NCBI RefSeq assembly: GCF_021028975.2
Contig: NC_059436.1
Span: 25,048,001-25,112,000 of the forward strand
Length of the DNA: 64,000 nucleotides
Direction of reading: 5' to 3'
Source of the DNA: Sphaerodactylus townsendi
Lineage: Eukaryota
Made by a program: the position numbers and the translations under genes. A model generated the notes under the pieces. It did not search any database, was not told where the DNA came from, and saw only the letters and a program-made list of their open reading frames with translations. This document shows positions 38,316 through 50,399 of the stretch, in pieces. Every line of letters begins with the position of its first letter. The first letter of the stretch is position 1.

Positions 38316-39338
38316 AGCTCCTGCTAGGCTGGCCTGCCTCTGCTTCCACTTATTCTTTGATTATATGTTTACAAATAAAACCAGCACTCCAAAAACAGAA
38401 GAATTCTGCAGGGCTCTTTCATCCAAAGGGGATTTATCCAGGCATCTGTGTCCTTCAAACTTCCCACAAGGAACTGGGAACAGACAGTGTTAACATATTC
38501 CACATTAGCGAATCATTTATTTATCTGGAAACGTGTAGACTAACTTCCTCCCTACCAGGTGCGGACTTGAGGTGGTTTCTACATATCAAAAACCTATCAG
38601 TAAAATCAACATGTATATTGCTGTGATACACCCAATAGCAGCTTAAAATCACACATCTCCATGGCTACAGACAGAAAAGAGGCACTAACCTGCTGAGTGC
38701 AGATCATACGGGTAGAGGAAGGCAGGCTTTAAAAATCAAAGCCCTTCAGTGTCTGCCCTCCCCACCCTCCCTGCTTATGGGCAAGCAAGGGGGGTGTGAA
38801 GATGGAGTGGGGCAGTTGGGATCAATAGCCCCAGTGAGCTGAGACAACCACTTCCCAGACTTCTTCAGCCGAGACCTGGGAGGACCGCCTGGCTGGATCA
38901 ACCCTATCCCAAGTCCTTCCAATGCTCTGAAGCCTCCGTACCTAGACCTGAGGGCACTGCACGGGACAGGACATCATTAGGACCATCAGCTTCTTTGACC
39001 ATTCTGGCTGTAGGCAGCAGCTGAGGGTCTGGGGGCCTTCCTGGCCACTGGGGTGCTCCCTGCTGGCTGCATCTGGGTGGGTAAATGCGTCACCCTCTGT
39101 TGCCACCTCCCGGCTCTTGTGCTTTCCCAAGACGATGTCTCCCCTGTCTACCCACTTCCCTGGCACAGCTGCCATCAAGAAGAAGAACATCCAGTCCCAG
39201 TGTGATTTCTTTGTGCAAATGAAGGCCTGGCGTGTATTTCCTGCACCTCTACCCCAGGATAATCTGTACACTCCCTCTGCCAATGTGGCCTCTCGGTGGT
39301 CTCCATCCTTTGCCTGAGTGATGCAGTAATTCTCATTG

Positions 39339-39352
39339 GTCACTATGGCAAC
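39339..39352. promoter_or_regulatory. Candidate RFX X-box next to an inverted CCAAT
   Basis: GTCACTATGGCAAC (reverse complement GTTGCCATAGTGAC). ATTGG at 39335-39339. Motif match only. Confidence 0.4.
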
Positions 39353-40673
39353 GCCCAGCAGCCTCTGCTTCCCACAGTCCAGTGAAGGAACAGGGAGCTA
39401 CAAAGGAGGCAGAGAGGCTCTGAGCCAAGTTGATTGCAAAGGCGGATATCCCCAGGCTCCACCTACTGAACACCTGGCAGGAAGCAAAACCCCACAGCCA
39501 TTAAACTGATATCACCCAGACCCCACCCTGGCTTCAGAGGGCCGCTGCAGCCTTCGTCCAGGGCCAGGGATCTTCTCCTGAATGGCTGCCTGGAAGTCAG
39601 CTGGAACCCGAGAGCCATTTGTTTAGATGTGATGGATAATTATTTCTACCATGCCACGGATGTGAGTGGCACTGTACAACTCCACATAAGCCACAAGAAG
39701 AAGGTCCAAGAAGCTTTGGTTCAGGCTTGGCCATTTAGCTGTTCATTCTCTCTGCCTTCTGTTTTGGATCCAAGGAGAGCTCCGACACATTTAGAAACAA
39801 GAGAGACGGGGCCATTTATGCACTTATGGTCTGCCCCACAGTGAGCGCCCATTCCCTTTGGGTCAGATTCTCGGTTGTGCACACATTTTCCCCCTTCCCA
39901 AATTCACTGCACCACAGATCAGATAATCCCTGCAGTTTTTGAAACCTCTGAAATCACAATTTTTCCTCTCCCTGTACAGGGAAAGTGAAGGGAATCCGCA
40001 TACGCTTTGCTTTCTTCAAGTTTTCTTGCTCTTCTCTGCCTTCCCTCCATTTTCCAAGATCAAAAAGGCTGCTTGTTTGTTGTTTATTTTTACACTGAGG
40101 GCCTATTGCCCCAGCAATAGAAATTGAGATAATAGAAATTGGTCTAGTGAATTAGACAGCACCCCAAAAAAGATGACAGGCTTAGACAGTACCCCAAAAA
40201 AGGTGACAGGCAACCTCCCCAGGCAGAGAGAACAAGGCAGCAGAACGTGGGCAAAATGAGGGATCAGTTTGGCTCAGGATGCTTCACAGCATGGTAATCT
40301 GGTAAGGACAAAAAACTGCAGGGAAACCTCACTGCAAAGCAAACGGCCACGGGGTCAGTGGTGCTGGATGCAAAGGCACAGGACAGTTGAACCTAATTGA
40401 AACAGAAAGCTGGCAGTTGTTAAAGCCCAGTCCAGAAAGAGATCTTCTGGCATCTCCAGGGCCTCCAAGGAAACCATCTTGGTCTATCTCTGCTGTGGGG
40501 ACTCAGGTTGTCAGCTGCAGCTTGGGAAATTCCCAAGGTTTGGAGGTGGAGCCTGAAAGAGGATGCAGTTTGGGGGGTGAGTTCAGTTGGGATATCATTC
40601 AATACACCTCCCCTCCAAACCTGCCATGTCCTTCAAGGGGACTGATCTCTGTAGTCTGGAAATCAGTTGTAAT

Positions 40674-40774
40674 CAGTGGTGGGATTCAAATAATTTAACA
40701 ACTGGTGGTTTACAAGAACCATTTTAACAACCGGTTCTGCCAAAGTGGTGCAAACCTGCTGAATCCCACCACTG
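40674..40774 (+). mobile_element. 101-bp hAT MITE nested in an older TAGGGTTGCCA-type MITE (about 40500-40830, minus strand)
   Basis: TIRs CAGTGGTGGGATTCA and TGAATCCCACCACTG. Exact TSD gttgtaat at 40666-40673 and 40775-40782. Confidence 0.93.
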
Positions 40775-40992
40775 GTTGTAATCCTAAGAGAAAGACCTTC
40801 ATGCCCCACCTGAAAGCTGGTAATCCAACTGGCCACTGCTTTCTACTACTTCTGCCCTTCAGTTATTCTCCTGAAATTATTTATTCCCTCTTCCCCAGCC
40901 TCAAGCCTCCTCTGACCACAGCTCTGACCCCTTCTTTCTGTAGCCTTGGCTGCCTCTGACGATGGGACCTGGAGGATCATCTAGCTCTAGTG

Positions 40993-41068
40993 CAGGGGCC
41001 ATGCAGGAAGGGGCTGATGGGAATTGTAGTTCCTGAACATCTGGAGAGCCGCAGGTTCCCTACCCCTG
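40993..41068. mobile_element. Internally deleted Charlie/Chap-like MITE
   Basis: CAGGGG...CCCCTG ends. Exact TSD ctctagtg. Confidence 0.85.
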
Positions 41069-41767
41069 CTCTAGTGCCTCCTTTGACTGGTCCATTTCTT
41101 GAAGATGGTTGCTGTGGTAGCCCACATGGTCAGAGCTTAGAAGAAAACAAGCAGGAGACCCTCAAGGACTTCCAGGGGGCATCTCATTTTCTCCTCCCCC
41201 TTTCTCTGTATCCTTCTCTTCTTCCCTCTCTCCCACCCACCCACCCACCAGCCAACCAACCAACCAACCAACCTTCATCTGTACTCCCGTCTTCCTCTTT
41301 CCCCCTTTTCCGTCCCTTGGAAACTTTTGGCTCAGTTGCATGATGGTGATCCCTCAAGGGCTCCACGTGGCACCTCATTTTCCTCAGCACCCGCTCTACA
41401 CAGTGTGTTCTCTTTTGCACTCCTGACAACACTCCTGTCTTCACCTGGCACCAATGAGTCTACCCTCAAAAGTAAAAATGGGTGTGCAAAGGTCCCTGCT
41501 CCCTCCTGCTTTTTTATTTATAGAAATCAAGGCTTGAAGGTGGGCAAAAGTATTGAATGCCCTCACACTGAGAAGGCATTTGTTTCTTTGAGTTACAGAC
41601 ATGGCTTCTGTTATGGGGGTGTGGGTTTGAAACCTCCCAAGGTTTCTTAGTTATTTAGAATGTTTTAGATTTCAGATCTTTCTATAAACCTGGGGATTTT
41701 TTCAGGTTTGTAGAAAGATCTGCCTTGCTTGTTCATGACTGCAGTGTCCACAGATTTGCCCATGGTG

Positions 41768-42440
41768 AGAATCATAGACTCAAAGAGTTGGAAGAGACCC
41801 CAAGGGCCATTAAGTCCAACCCTTGCAATGCAGGAACACACAATCAAAGCACTCCTGACAGATGGCCATCCAGACTGTCTTTAAAAACCTCTAAAGAAGG
41901 AAACTCCACCACCCTCCAAGGCAGTGCATTCCACTGTTGACCAGCCCTTACTGTCAGGATGTTTTTCCTGATGTTTAGGTAGAATCTCTTTTCCTTCACC
42001 TTGAACCCATTATTCCTGGTCCTAGTCTCTGGAGCAGCAGAAAACAAGCTTTCAGCCTTCACCCCCCACATGACATCCCTTCAACATATCTGCTAGCTAC
42101 AGGGCTACTCATGTCACCTTCTTTAACCTTCTCTTTCTCCAAATCCAAACATCCCCTTGTGCTCCCTACAGGCTTTTCCCTCATAGTCTGGTCTGCGAGT
42201 GACCTTACACTCCAGATGTTATGGACTACAATTCCCATCAGCCCCTGTCAGCATGGCCAATTGGTCATGCTGGCAAGGGCTGATGGGAATTTTAGTGCAT
42301 AACATCTGGAGTGCCAAAGATTTGCCACCACTGTCATAGGTCATGGATTCCAGACCTTTCACCATTTTGGTTGCTTTCCTCTGGACCCATTCCAGCTTGT
42401 GAATATCCTTGAATTGCAGTGCCCAGAACTGCACACAATG
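41768..42440 (-). mobile_element. CR1 3' fragment, ATTCTATG-type family
   Basis: Peptides TRNNGFKVKEKRFYLNIRKN and CVQFWALQFKDIHKLEWVQRKATKMVKGLE. Confidence 0.9.
42189..42333. mobile_element. Palindromic Charlie/Chap-like MITE nested in CR1
   Basis: Same family as 26161-26284. tcatag duplicated on both sides. Left end damaged. Confidence 0.8.
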
Positions 42441-43743
42441 ACAGGTTTTGATAGGAAGCATGTGGTGCTGGTCTCTCCCTGTGTGGAGCAGTCTGGATCT
42501 GGCAGGGGAGGGCGAGTGAAGTGAGAGCTGGGGGGGGGGGAGCTGCGTGCCAGTCCGCTTGCTCAGCAGGGTGCCTGGACCACAGACTCTCCAACTGCTT
42601 GACTGATTCAAGTGACTTCTTTTCCCTGTCAGCACCAGGCTCTGGCTGCCAACTTCCCTTTGCAGAGATGAGAGTGTGGGATCATCAGGGACTCTAAGTC
42701 ACCAGCAGTCTCTTTGAGATGAAAGAGGAGAGAGAAGCATATGGCATTTAATTATTTATTTTTATTTCATTTCTCAAAAGGAAGAACTCCGGGGCCCCAG
42801 AGAATTCCTGGGATAACAAACGGAGAGTGTTTGGATTGCAAAGGATTGCGGGGGGGGGGGCGGGGGGGAGACAAGAGCTCAGAAGGGACTTTCAGTACAA
42901 GGAGAGACACTTCACAGTTAAATCCAAGAAGCACAGAAGGATTCATCAGTGAGCAAAAGAGAAAGAGGGGCAGACAGAGAACTGTTGCAGAAAAGAATCC
43001 TCAAAGGACACGAGAAAAAGCCACAGCAACTGCCAAGAAATGAATTATACATGTCACCTTTGTGTGGGGGTTGAGCTTGAGACACAAGTGGATTCCTAAA
43101 TGCTCCCACGATGCAAAGATCTTGTTGAGGAAATGGTTCCAGTTGCCAGGGCTTCAAGTATTCTGGCAGTTACTGGAAACAGTCCTCACTGTGAAAGCCA
43201 CAAGTTGCACACCTGCTGGGAGGGCAGCAAGCATGGCAAGATCCAACTGTAAGTGGAGCTCAGCTGCGGAAGACGGGGCCATTTTGCTTCTTAGAGAAAT
43301 ATTCCCCTTCTGGACTGCTACAGCACTTATTACACAGACGTCAATCACAGAGCGCACCTTTCACGCGCAGAGCCAAAGCAGAAAGCAACGCATGAAAACA
43401 GGCAGAGTAAAATCACATTTTAAAACCAATGAAAACCAACCAACCCACAAAAGCACACACATCGTTAAAACAATTAAAAACAGAATTAAAATACATACAA
43501 AAACATGAAAACCACAACACTGGTCAGGAAAAAAATCTTCACCTGCTGGTGGAAGATGGCAACAGAAGGCTACAGAAACATTTCCCTGGGGACAAAGTTC
43601 CAGAATTTGTGGAGCACAACTGAGAAGACCCTCTCCTGCATCTCTGGAGACTAGGACACCCTAAGCAGGTCCTCCAAAGATGGGGAGGGGTTCATGCAAG
43701 AGTAGGTGGTCCTTTAGGCATGTCGGTTCCAAACCATACAGGG

Positions 43744-43867
43744 CAGGAGTGTCAAACGCTGGCTCTCTGGATGTTCATGGACTACAATTCCCATCAGCCC
43801 CTGCTGGCATAAGCCAATGGGAGTTATAGTCCATGAACATCCAGAGGGCCAAAGTTTGACACCCCTT
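43744..43867. mobile_element. Palindromic Charlie/Chap-like MITE
   Basis: TIRs CAGGAGTGTCAAAC and GTTTGACACCCCTT. TSD atacaggg/atataggg. Confidence 0.88.
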
Positions 43868-43932
43868 ATATAGGGCTTTAAAGGCCAAGATCAGCACCTT
43901 GAATTGTGCCCAGAAGCAAATTGGGAGCCAGC

Positions 43933-44191
43933 NNNNNNNNNNNNNNNNNNNNNNNNNNNNNNNNNNNNNNNNNNNNNNNNNNNNNNNNNNNNNNNNNNNN
44001 NNNNNNNNNNNNNNNNNNNNNNNNNNNNNNNNNNNNNNNNNNNNNNNNNNNNNNNNNNNNNNNNNNNNNNNNNNNNNNNNNNNNNNNNNNNNNNNNNNNN
44101 NNNNNNNNNNNNNNNNNNNNNNNNNNNNNNNNNNNNNNNNNNNNNNNNNNNNNNNNNNNNNNNNNNNNNNNNNNNNNNNNNNNNNNNNNNN
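43933..44191. other. Assembly gap
   Basis: Run of N. Confidence 1.
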
Positions 44192-44460
44192 NCCCCTTTC
44201 TCTCCTGCAGGAAATTCAAAGGGGCTTACAAGCTCCTTGCCCTCCCCCCCTCACAACAAACACCCTGTGAGGTAGGTGGGGCTGAGAGAGCTCCGAGAAG
44301 CTGTGACTAGCCCAAGGTCACCCAGCTGGCATGTGTGGGAGTGCACAGGCTAATCTGAATTCCCCAGAGAAGCCTCCACAGCTCAGGCGGCAGAGCTGGG
44401 AATCAAACCCGATTCCTCCAGATTAGATACACGAGCTCTTAACCTCCTACGCCACTGCTG
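44192..44460 (-). mobile_element. Young tRNA/CORE SINE (Squam3-like)
   Basis: Nearly identical to 46991-47289. Confidence 0.9.
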
Positions 44461-44716
44461 GTCTCTATGGTCTCTATGACACCCTCCAGCCAACATCCTG
44501 ACTGCAGCTTTCTGCACCCACTGAAGTTCCTAAACACTTTTCAAGGGCAGCCCATGGGGAGCACGTGGCCATAATCTAATCTAGATGTAACTACTAGGCC
44601 ATACACCTCAGTGGCCACATCCTGTCTCCCCAGGAAAGGCCACAAGGTTTACCTCTTAAACTACGCAATGCAGCAATTCAGGGTTGCAAGAGAGTCTGTT
44701 TGCCCCTGGTGTTAGG

Positions 44717-44927
44717 TAGGGTTACCAGCCTCCAGATGGGGCCCGGAGATCTCCCAGATTTACAGCTGTTCTCCAAACAGGGCTTCGTTCTCCTGGAGAA
44801 AACAGCTGTTTTGGAGGCTCCATGGCATCATGTCCCACTGAGGTCTCTCTGCTCCCCAACTGCCCCTCCCTCCCGCCCAAGCTCCACCCGAAAAATCTCC
44901 AGGGATTTCCGAGAATTGGCTACCTCA
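44717..44927 (+). mobile_element. hAT (Blackjack-like, TAGGGTTGCCA-type TIR) MITE; related copies near 16360-16500, 20300-20410, 30740-30926, 49520-49686 and 62130-62315
   Basis: TAGGGTTACCA start, TGGCTACCTCA end. Exact 8-bp TSD gtgttagg at 44709-44716 and 44928-44935. Confidence 0.85.
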
Positions 44928-45167
44928 GTGTTAGGACCATTGAAAGTAGCTTGCTTGATGAAAGCCACCTTTGATAGCCGGTACCTAGTGAACAACTTCT
45001 CAAATCGATGGAAGCACTGGAAGGAAATGATGTATGACCATGAAAGTTCGGGGGGAGGTTATCAATTTTAGATCTTCTTCAGACTTCTTTTCCCAAACCA
45101 AACTAAGATTAGCTTGTTATTAGAGCTGGTCAGGTAGTCTCAGGATTTTGTTCTCATTCATGCTTTT

Positions 45168-45420
45168 CCTGGTTGGTAATCTTCAGAGGTGTATCGCCAG
45201 AGGAAACAAGTTCGATCATTACCAGATTTGGTTGCATCTTCAGAGGTGTATCACAGAGGAAACAAAGTGTAACAGACTTCCCTCTGTGATACACCTCTGA
45301 AGATGCCAGCCACAGATGCAGGCGAAACGTTAGGAACAAGATCCACCAGACCACGGCCACACAGCCCGGAAAACCCACCACAACCAGTTGAATCTGGCCT
45401 TGAAATACATTTCACAACAC
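45168..45420 (+). mobile_element. Penelope-derived element with hammerhead motif (45294-45334) and duplicated inverted arms
   Basis: CCT-CTGAAGA-tgcc...ggc-GAAA-cGTT-AGG. 25-bp perfect stem spanning 45235-45305. Confidence 0.85.
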
Positions 45421-45499
45421 ATTAAGTATCTTCAGGTGCTCAGTGGTTCCTTCGAACTGCTTCCCTCCAATGAATCCTTCTCATGTTGTGCCCAGAACA

Positions 45500-45868
45500 G
45501 TGACTGTACATAGGTCCATCAGCTCTGCTGGAGGGAAGATTTAAGAATATGGAATGCTCTAAAAGAGTTTGTTCATGTGATATGACTACCTTTGAAACAC
45601 TTGACCATTCTTTGTTTCTATGCCCTAAATACAATAAGATACGCATGAAATACATGAATTCCATTTTCTTGCAATGTTCTCAGTGGCCTGAGTGTTATAA
45701 GATACCCAATCTCCTGAACAGCTCTGATGTGCTCTTTTGTGAAACTGTTGCACATTTTATACTGGAAATTAGTAATTTTAACTGTATTTCTTAACCTTGT
45801 TTTGTTTTAAAATTTTGTCCTGTTTTATATGCCAATAAAGGCTTGTGTTGTTGTTGTGTTGTTGTTGA
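45500..45868 (+). mobile_element. Non-LTR retrotransposon 3' end with C-terminal zinc knuckle (RTE-X-like)
   Basis: LLEGRFKNMECSKRVCSCD...ETLDHSLFLCPKYNKIR, then AATAAA and a (TTG)n tail. Confidence 0.7.
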
Positions 45869-46990
45869 CTGTACATAGGAAGAACTTGGTTGTCGAAAAC
45901 CTGCCCCCTTGCTTGAAATAGTGGATCAGAGCATGAGCCTTGCGGGACCACCTCAAGCCCAGCCTTGCCCAGGAATGGTCCAGCCACCTTTTGATTCCTT
46001 CTGGCCACAGATGATGCCAGGAGAAAATCTTTCACGCCCTGGCCAAGGAGAGCCTCTCATCTCCTGGGCAACTGTCCGCAAGTGTGAAAACTACCATTTT
46101 CTTTCCACAGAACACCAGACATTTCTCCACGGTCCCTGCTCAGGCTTTGTAGGAGATGATAAAAGAAATGTTTTAATAAGCAGGATGCTGTGCGGGTGCC
46201 TGAGCCGCGTGTCACTGTCCATTTGTAAGACTGGTGACAGATGGATCTCTGGATAATAGCATCCTCTTTGTACTCAATGGAGCTGGATTAGAGCAATTGA
46301 ACATCCCAGGAAGATTACCGGCAGTTATGGATAGCAGTTATGGATATTGCTTGTCATGTTACTCTTGGCAGATGCCTTCCTCAATTGACAATTCGCAGGC
46401 ATTTCCGGGATAGGTGCTAGATGTCCTTTCTGCAGCAAAATGAGGCCTCCGTGGCCCTCTGGAAAGATCTGCTAGCATCAATTGTCAGCGCTGCGGCCCT
46501 TCATCCGCCATTTAATTGCAAAGGCTGCCTTGGCACAAATCTACCAGATGGATGAAATGGCAAATGCCACCCAGCACTCCAACAGCTGGAAACAGAGCTC
46601 TTGCGGCTGAGAAAGGAGTCTGTGAGCAAGGACGGGTGTGAGTGTCCTTCTGCCTTGGGCGGGGGGCGGGGGGGCTCTCGTTCCCCAGTTCCCAACGGAC
46701 CTGTCCTTTAGGTGAGTCCTGAAGCCCGGGATCCCCAGTGCGGTGCCCGTGGGGGCCTTGGTGTTCATGGGTGCTTTTCCTGGCGCCTGCCAACTCTTTT
46801 ATTTTTTTATTTTTTATTTATTTTATTGAATTTCTATACCGCCCTTCCCCGAAGGGCTCAGGGTGGTGTCCATCAATATATAAAACAGTTAAAATCCATT
46901 CTGCATTTATCTCAGTTAAAACCATATATAAATTTTAGGAAGCGGGGAGAACCAGATTTGCCCAGCAAGGCTCCTGACTGGCCCTTGGAG

Positions 46991-47289
46991 AAGAAGAAGA
47001 AGAGTTTGGATTTATATCCCCCCTTTCTCTCCTGCAGGAGACTCAAAGGGGCTGACAATCTCCTTTCCCTTCCCCCCTCACAACAAACACCCTGTGAGGT
47101 GGGTGGGGCTGAGAGAGCTCCGAGAAGCTGTGACTAGCCCAAGGTCACCCAGCTGGCGTGTGTGGGAGTGTACAGGCTAATCTGAACTCCCCAGATAAGC
47201 CTCCACAGCTCAGGTGGCAGAGCTGGGAATCAAACCCGATTCCTCCAGATTAGATACATGAGCTCTTAACCTCCTACGCCACTGCTGCT
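46991..47289 (-). mobile_element. Young full-length tRNA/CORE SINE (Squam3-like)
   Basis: (AAG)n tail at the left end. TSD ccttggag on both sides. Confidence 0.92.
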
Positions 47290-49074
47290 CCTTGGAGAGC
47301 TGATCGGCTGTGCAGATATTTTAAAACACTGTCTTGGCAGCAGCTGCCACCAGAGCAAGAGTGACTGCCAGGAAGGGGTAATAAAGAACCTTTTGCCGAA
47401 GAACCTAACCACCGGGGAGGGCAACTGGACCAGCCATGTAGGGGGAGGGGGAAGAGAGAAGATACCTGAGCGACTCTTGCAGGGAGCAGGCCAACTAGAT
47501 CTTGTTGTCTCTGATGTTCAGCAAGGAGACCAGAAGGGAGTGAACACAAACATGCCAATTAGCAGCCTTTCCAGCAGCCTTTTAAACAAACGACTCTCTC
47601 AGTTAAGGCAGGTTGCTCTCAGGGACTGCATTTGTGCCTGACAGAGCAGCCTATTTGGAAAACAGGTTTCCGGGATTCCTGGGCAGAGATTGTTCCAACC
47701 CACTCAGCCTTCTCGGTATAAGCTCCTGCATTTCAGGTCCTGCACAGGTAGCTATTTTGCCCGACCGGCCGTGAGGCGGTGTGCCAGGGAGTGCCCAGAT
47801 GGGGATGACTTTGGGCCTGGGAGATCAGCCATTGCCCGACTCCTTGCCCTGAACCTGGGAGTCCCCGTGGAATGAAAACAGAGCTGTTCCCTCCTTGCTG
47901 CTGTTTGAACAGCCTGGCTGCTTTTCCTGCCTTTGGTTCCTTCCGTGTGTTTGTCACATGTGAGTATATATATTTATCCAGCTCTGAGCTCAGTTGCCAG
48001 AGGGGGCCACAGCCAATAAGCACACCTCCGTTAAATATGATCGATGGGTGCCCCGTGGTGACATGGTCAGGTCGCGAATCTCGAAGGCCCCAAGGAACCA
48101 TAGCTACGCAGCCGGGTCTCTCTCTCTCTAGCCAGGGCGCTCATTCATCATTTGCAAACAAGGCTGCGGGGAGGGGGTGGCAGAGTATCAGAAGGAGCAC
48201 ATTTAAAATTGTTTGGGGGCAGGAAAGATATGTTGGGCTTAGCTTTCCATTCCTCTGCTCCCTCCCCCTCCTTTTGACAATGAAGAACCAGCCCAAGGCA
48301 CTCCTGGGATTTGGGACTTCACTCTGCCTTTTCCTAGCCTGCTCAGCAGTGCTGGAACTGGGCTTAGCTTAACTGGCAGCTGCCTGCCTCTGGGCCTGGC
48401 CTTAATTTCCTGCCACAGAGCCAGCGCTCTCTGAGCACAAGCTGCCGTCTCCTCCGATGAGCCTGCAGTCTATTTGAAGGGCGGCAGCGCTCGCTTCAGC
48501 AGCCAACGGGAGCACAGAGCACTTTCATTGCAGGCTGAGAAGATGTTTGCAACGCCAGCCTTGAGAAGGGAGGCAAGAACAGCTCTGAGAGTGCTTTCCC
48601 CACCCTGTTGGAAAACCACAGCCAACCCACTCACCACTGGGAGCAGGCCAGCAAGACTCCCGAGGGGGCCTCTGGCTTCAGATGTTCAGCGCAGGCAAAC
48701 ATCCTCTGCTCCCATAAGCCCTGCAACTTGTGGGTCGCAGTAGGATTGCCTCGCCTCTTGATCTAGTCTGGTTTCTCAATGGCAGGAAATTTTAGGGAAT
48801 TCTGTGTCTGTGCAGCTCCTCGGGCATCTCTGTAAGAGTTTATCATAACTCCTGTTTTTATGTACACTGCCAGACATTATGTGAATTTGTGTCCGGTTAA
48901 GGACAGATAGTTGACCTTTCATTATCTCCCATAATATGGGCTCCTTAGTGACCACGAACTTGTTGCAGTAATTATATAGCCTACATTTGCTTAGAGACTC
49001 AAAATCAACCTTTCTATTGGATTCTTTGTCAATTTTGTACTGTATGACACGTCCTATTTGTGTGTCTCAGTATT

Positions 49075-49122
49075 TTGACCTCTGAAGAAGAAGACCTATC
49101 AGGTTGAAAGACATCAGGTCAA
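49075..49122 (+). ncRNA. Type I hammerhead-ribozyme-like motif, second family, in an AT-rich putative Penelope-like terminus (about 48840-49270)
   Basis: TTGACCT-CTGAAGA-aga-agacct-atc-aggtt-GAAA-gaca-TC-AGGTCAA. Perfect 7-bp helix I and a helix II hairpin. Confidence 0.6.
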
Positions 49123-49859
49123 TCCGTGTCACAAGTTCAGTGCAATCAATTTGATGCTTTGGTATTGTAGGAAATGTAATCTTTTGATCCAGATTTCTAT
49201 TAAATTATTATAATTTGAAGCGTTTAACACTGTTATTAATTTCAATTATTCCTTCTGCTTTTCTCAACTTTTTTTGGTCCCCAGCGTATTTATATAAGTT
49301 GGTTTTTTATTTCCTTTCTGTTTTTTTGCGTGTGTGCTGGGAGTTTCTCGTGAGCAAGCAGGGCAGGTGCCAGCCATGACAGGTCTCAGCCTCAGGCTCT
49401 TGGGTTTCTTGCTGCCACACAATTGTTCCCTTCTGTGCATCTGAAGTCCTGCCTGGGCCTGGGCTGCTTTAGCGCCATAGAGTCCGCCCATTTCCTCCAG
49501 AGGGACTGGCCTGGCTTGTCTGGGGATTGGCTGTAACCGTGGGAGCTCTCGAGGCAGGAGCCCTCCCAGAAAGACCACCCTTCAAAGCTGCCATTTTCTT
49601 CTGGGGAAATGATCTCTGTCTCCTGGCGAAGAGGTCCTGCATTCCAGCAGATCTCCAGGCCCCAGCTGGAGGATGGCAGCCCTACTCGTCCTGGGTCCTT
49701 GGAAGTTTGTGGCAGGCCCACCACTTGCCTGCACCAGCTGGAGATGGATCCATGGTGGCTATTTTCTTTTGGATATACTTTACAACTATTATAGCAGCGT
49801 TCTTACAGCAGAGCAGTCAACCAAATAGGTTTGGGCAAGTAGTCCGAGGGCTCATTTTA

Positions 49860-49986
49860 TTGGGGTGCTGTGTGGTTTCCAGGCTGTATGGCCGTGTTCT
49901 AGCAGCATTTCCTCCTGACGTTTCGCCTGCATCTGTGGCTGGCATCATCAGAGGATCTGATAGTAGGAAAGGAAAGCAAGTGGAGA
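49860..49986 (-). mobile_element. Penelope terminal-repeat fragment
   Basis: Same family as the 30, 34 and 54 kb copies, extending upstream of the ribozyme motif. Confidence 0.8.
49913..49955 (-). ncRNA. Intact minimal type I hammerhead ribozyme motif
   Basis: Reverse complement TCCT-CTGATGA-TGCC(agccacagatgca)GGC-GAAA-CGTC-AGGA. All core nucleotides are canonical. Confidence 0.8.
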
Positions 49987-50100
49987 GGGCGCATCATAAT
50001 GTACCTCAAATGCCTCATCCTACAGAAGGGCACCCGGAGGACCTTCCTCTTCTCCCAAAAGTCATCAGAGGAAGTTTACCAGTCAAGGGGTACCAATCAA

Positions 50101-50399
50101 GGAGCAGCAGTGGCGTAGGAGGTTAAGAGCTCGTGTATCTAATCCGGAGGAACCGGGTTTGATTCCCAGCTCTGCCACTTGAGCTGTGGAGGCTTCTCTG
50201 GGGAATTCAGATTAGCCTGTGCACTCCCACACACACCAGCTGGGTGACCTTGGGCTAGTCACAGCTTCTCAGAGCTCTCTCAGCCCCACCTACCTCACAG
50301 GGTGTTTGTTGTGAGGGGGGGAAGGGCAAGGAGATTGTTTGAGTCTCCTGCAGGAGAGAAAGGGGGGATATAAATCCAAACTCTTCTTCTTCTTCTTCT
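50101..50399 (+). mobile_element. Young full-length tRNA/CORE SINE (Squam3-like)
   Basis: Head with A/B-box-like motifs, CORE, and (CTT)5 tail. Confidence 0.92.

Larger units (their letters stand above)
43430..44650 (-). mobile_element. Old L2 LINE fragment interrupted by a MITE, a gap and a SINE
   Basis: Typical antisense L2 text: agggctttaaagg...agcaccttgaattg and ctgcagctttctgcacc...aagggcagcccca. Confidence 0.75.

Noticed and set aside
40152-40211. 30-bp tandem duplication (similar short duplications at 16860-16915, 21884-21919 and 46321-46346)
   Set aside because: Ordinary slippage duplications with no further structure.
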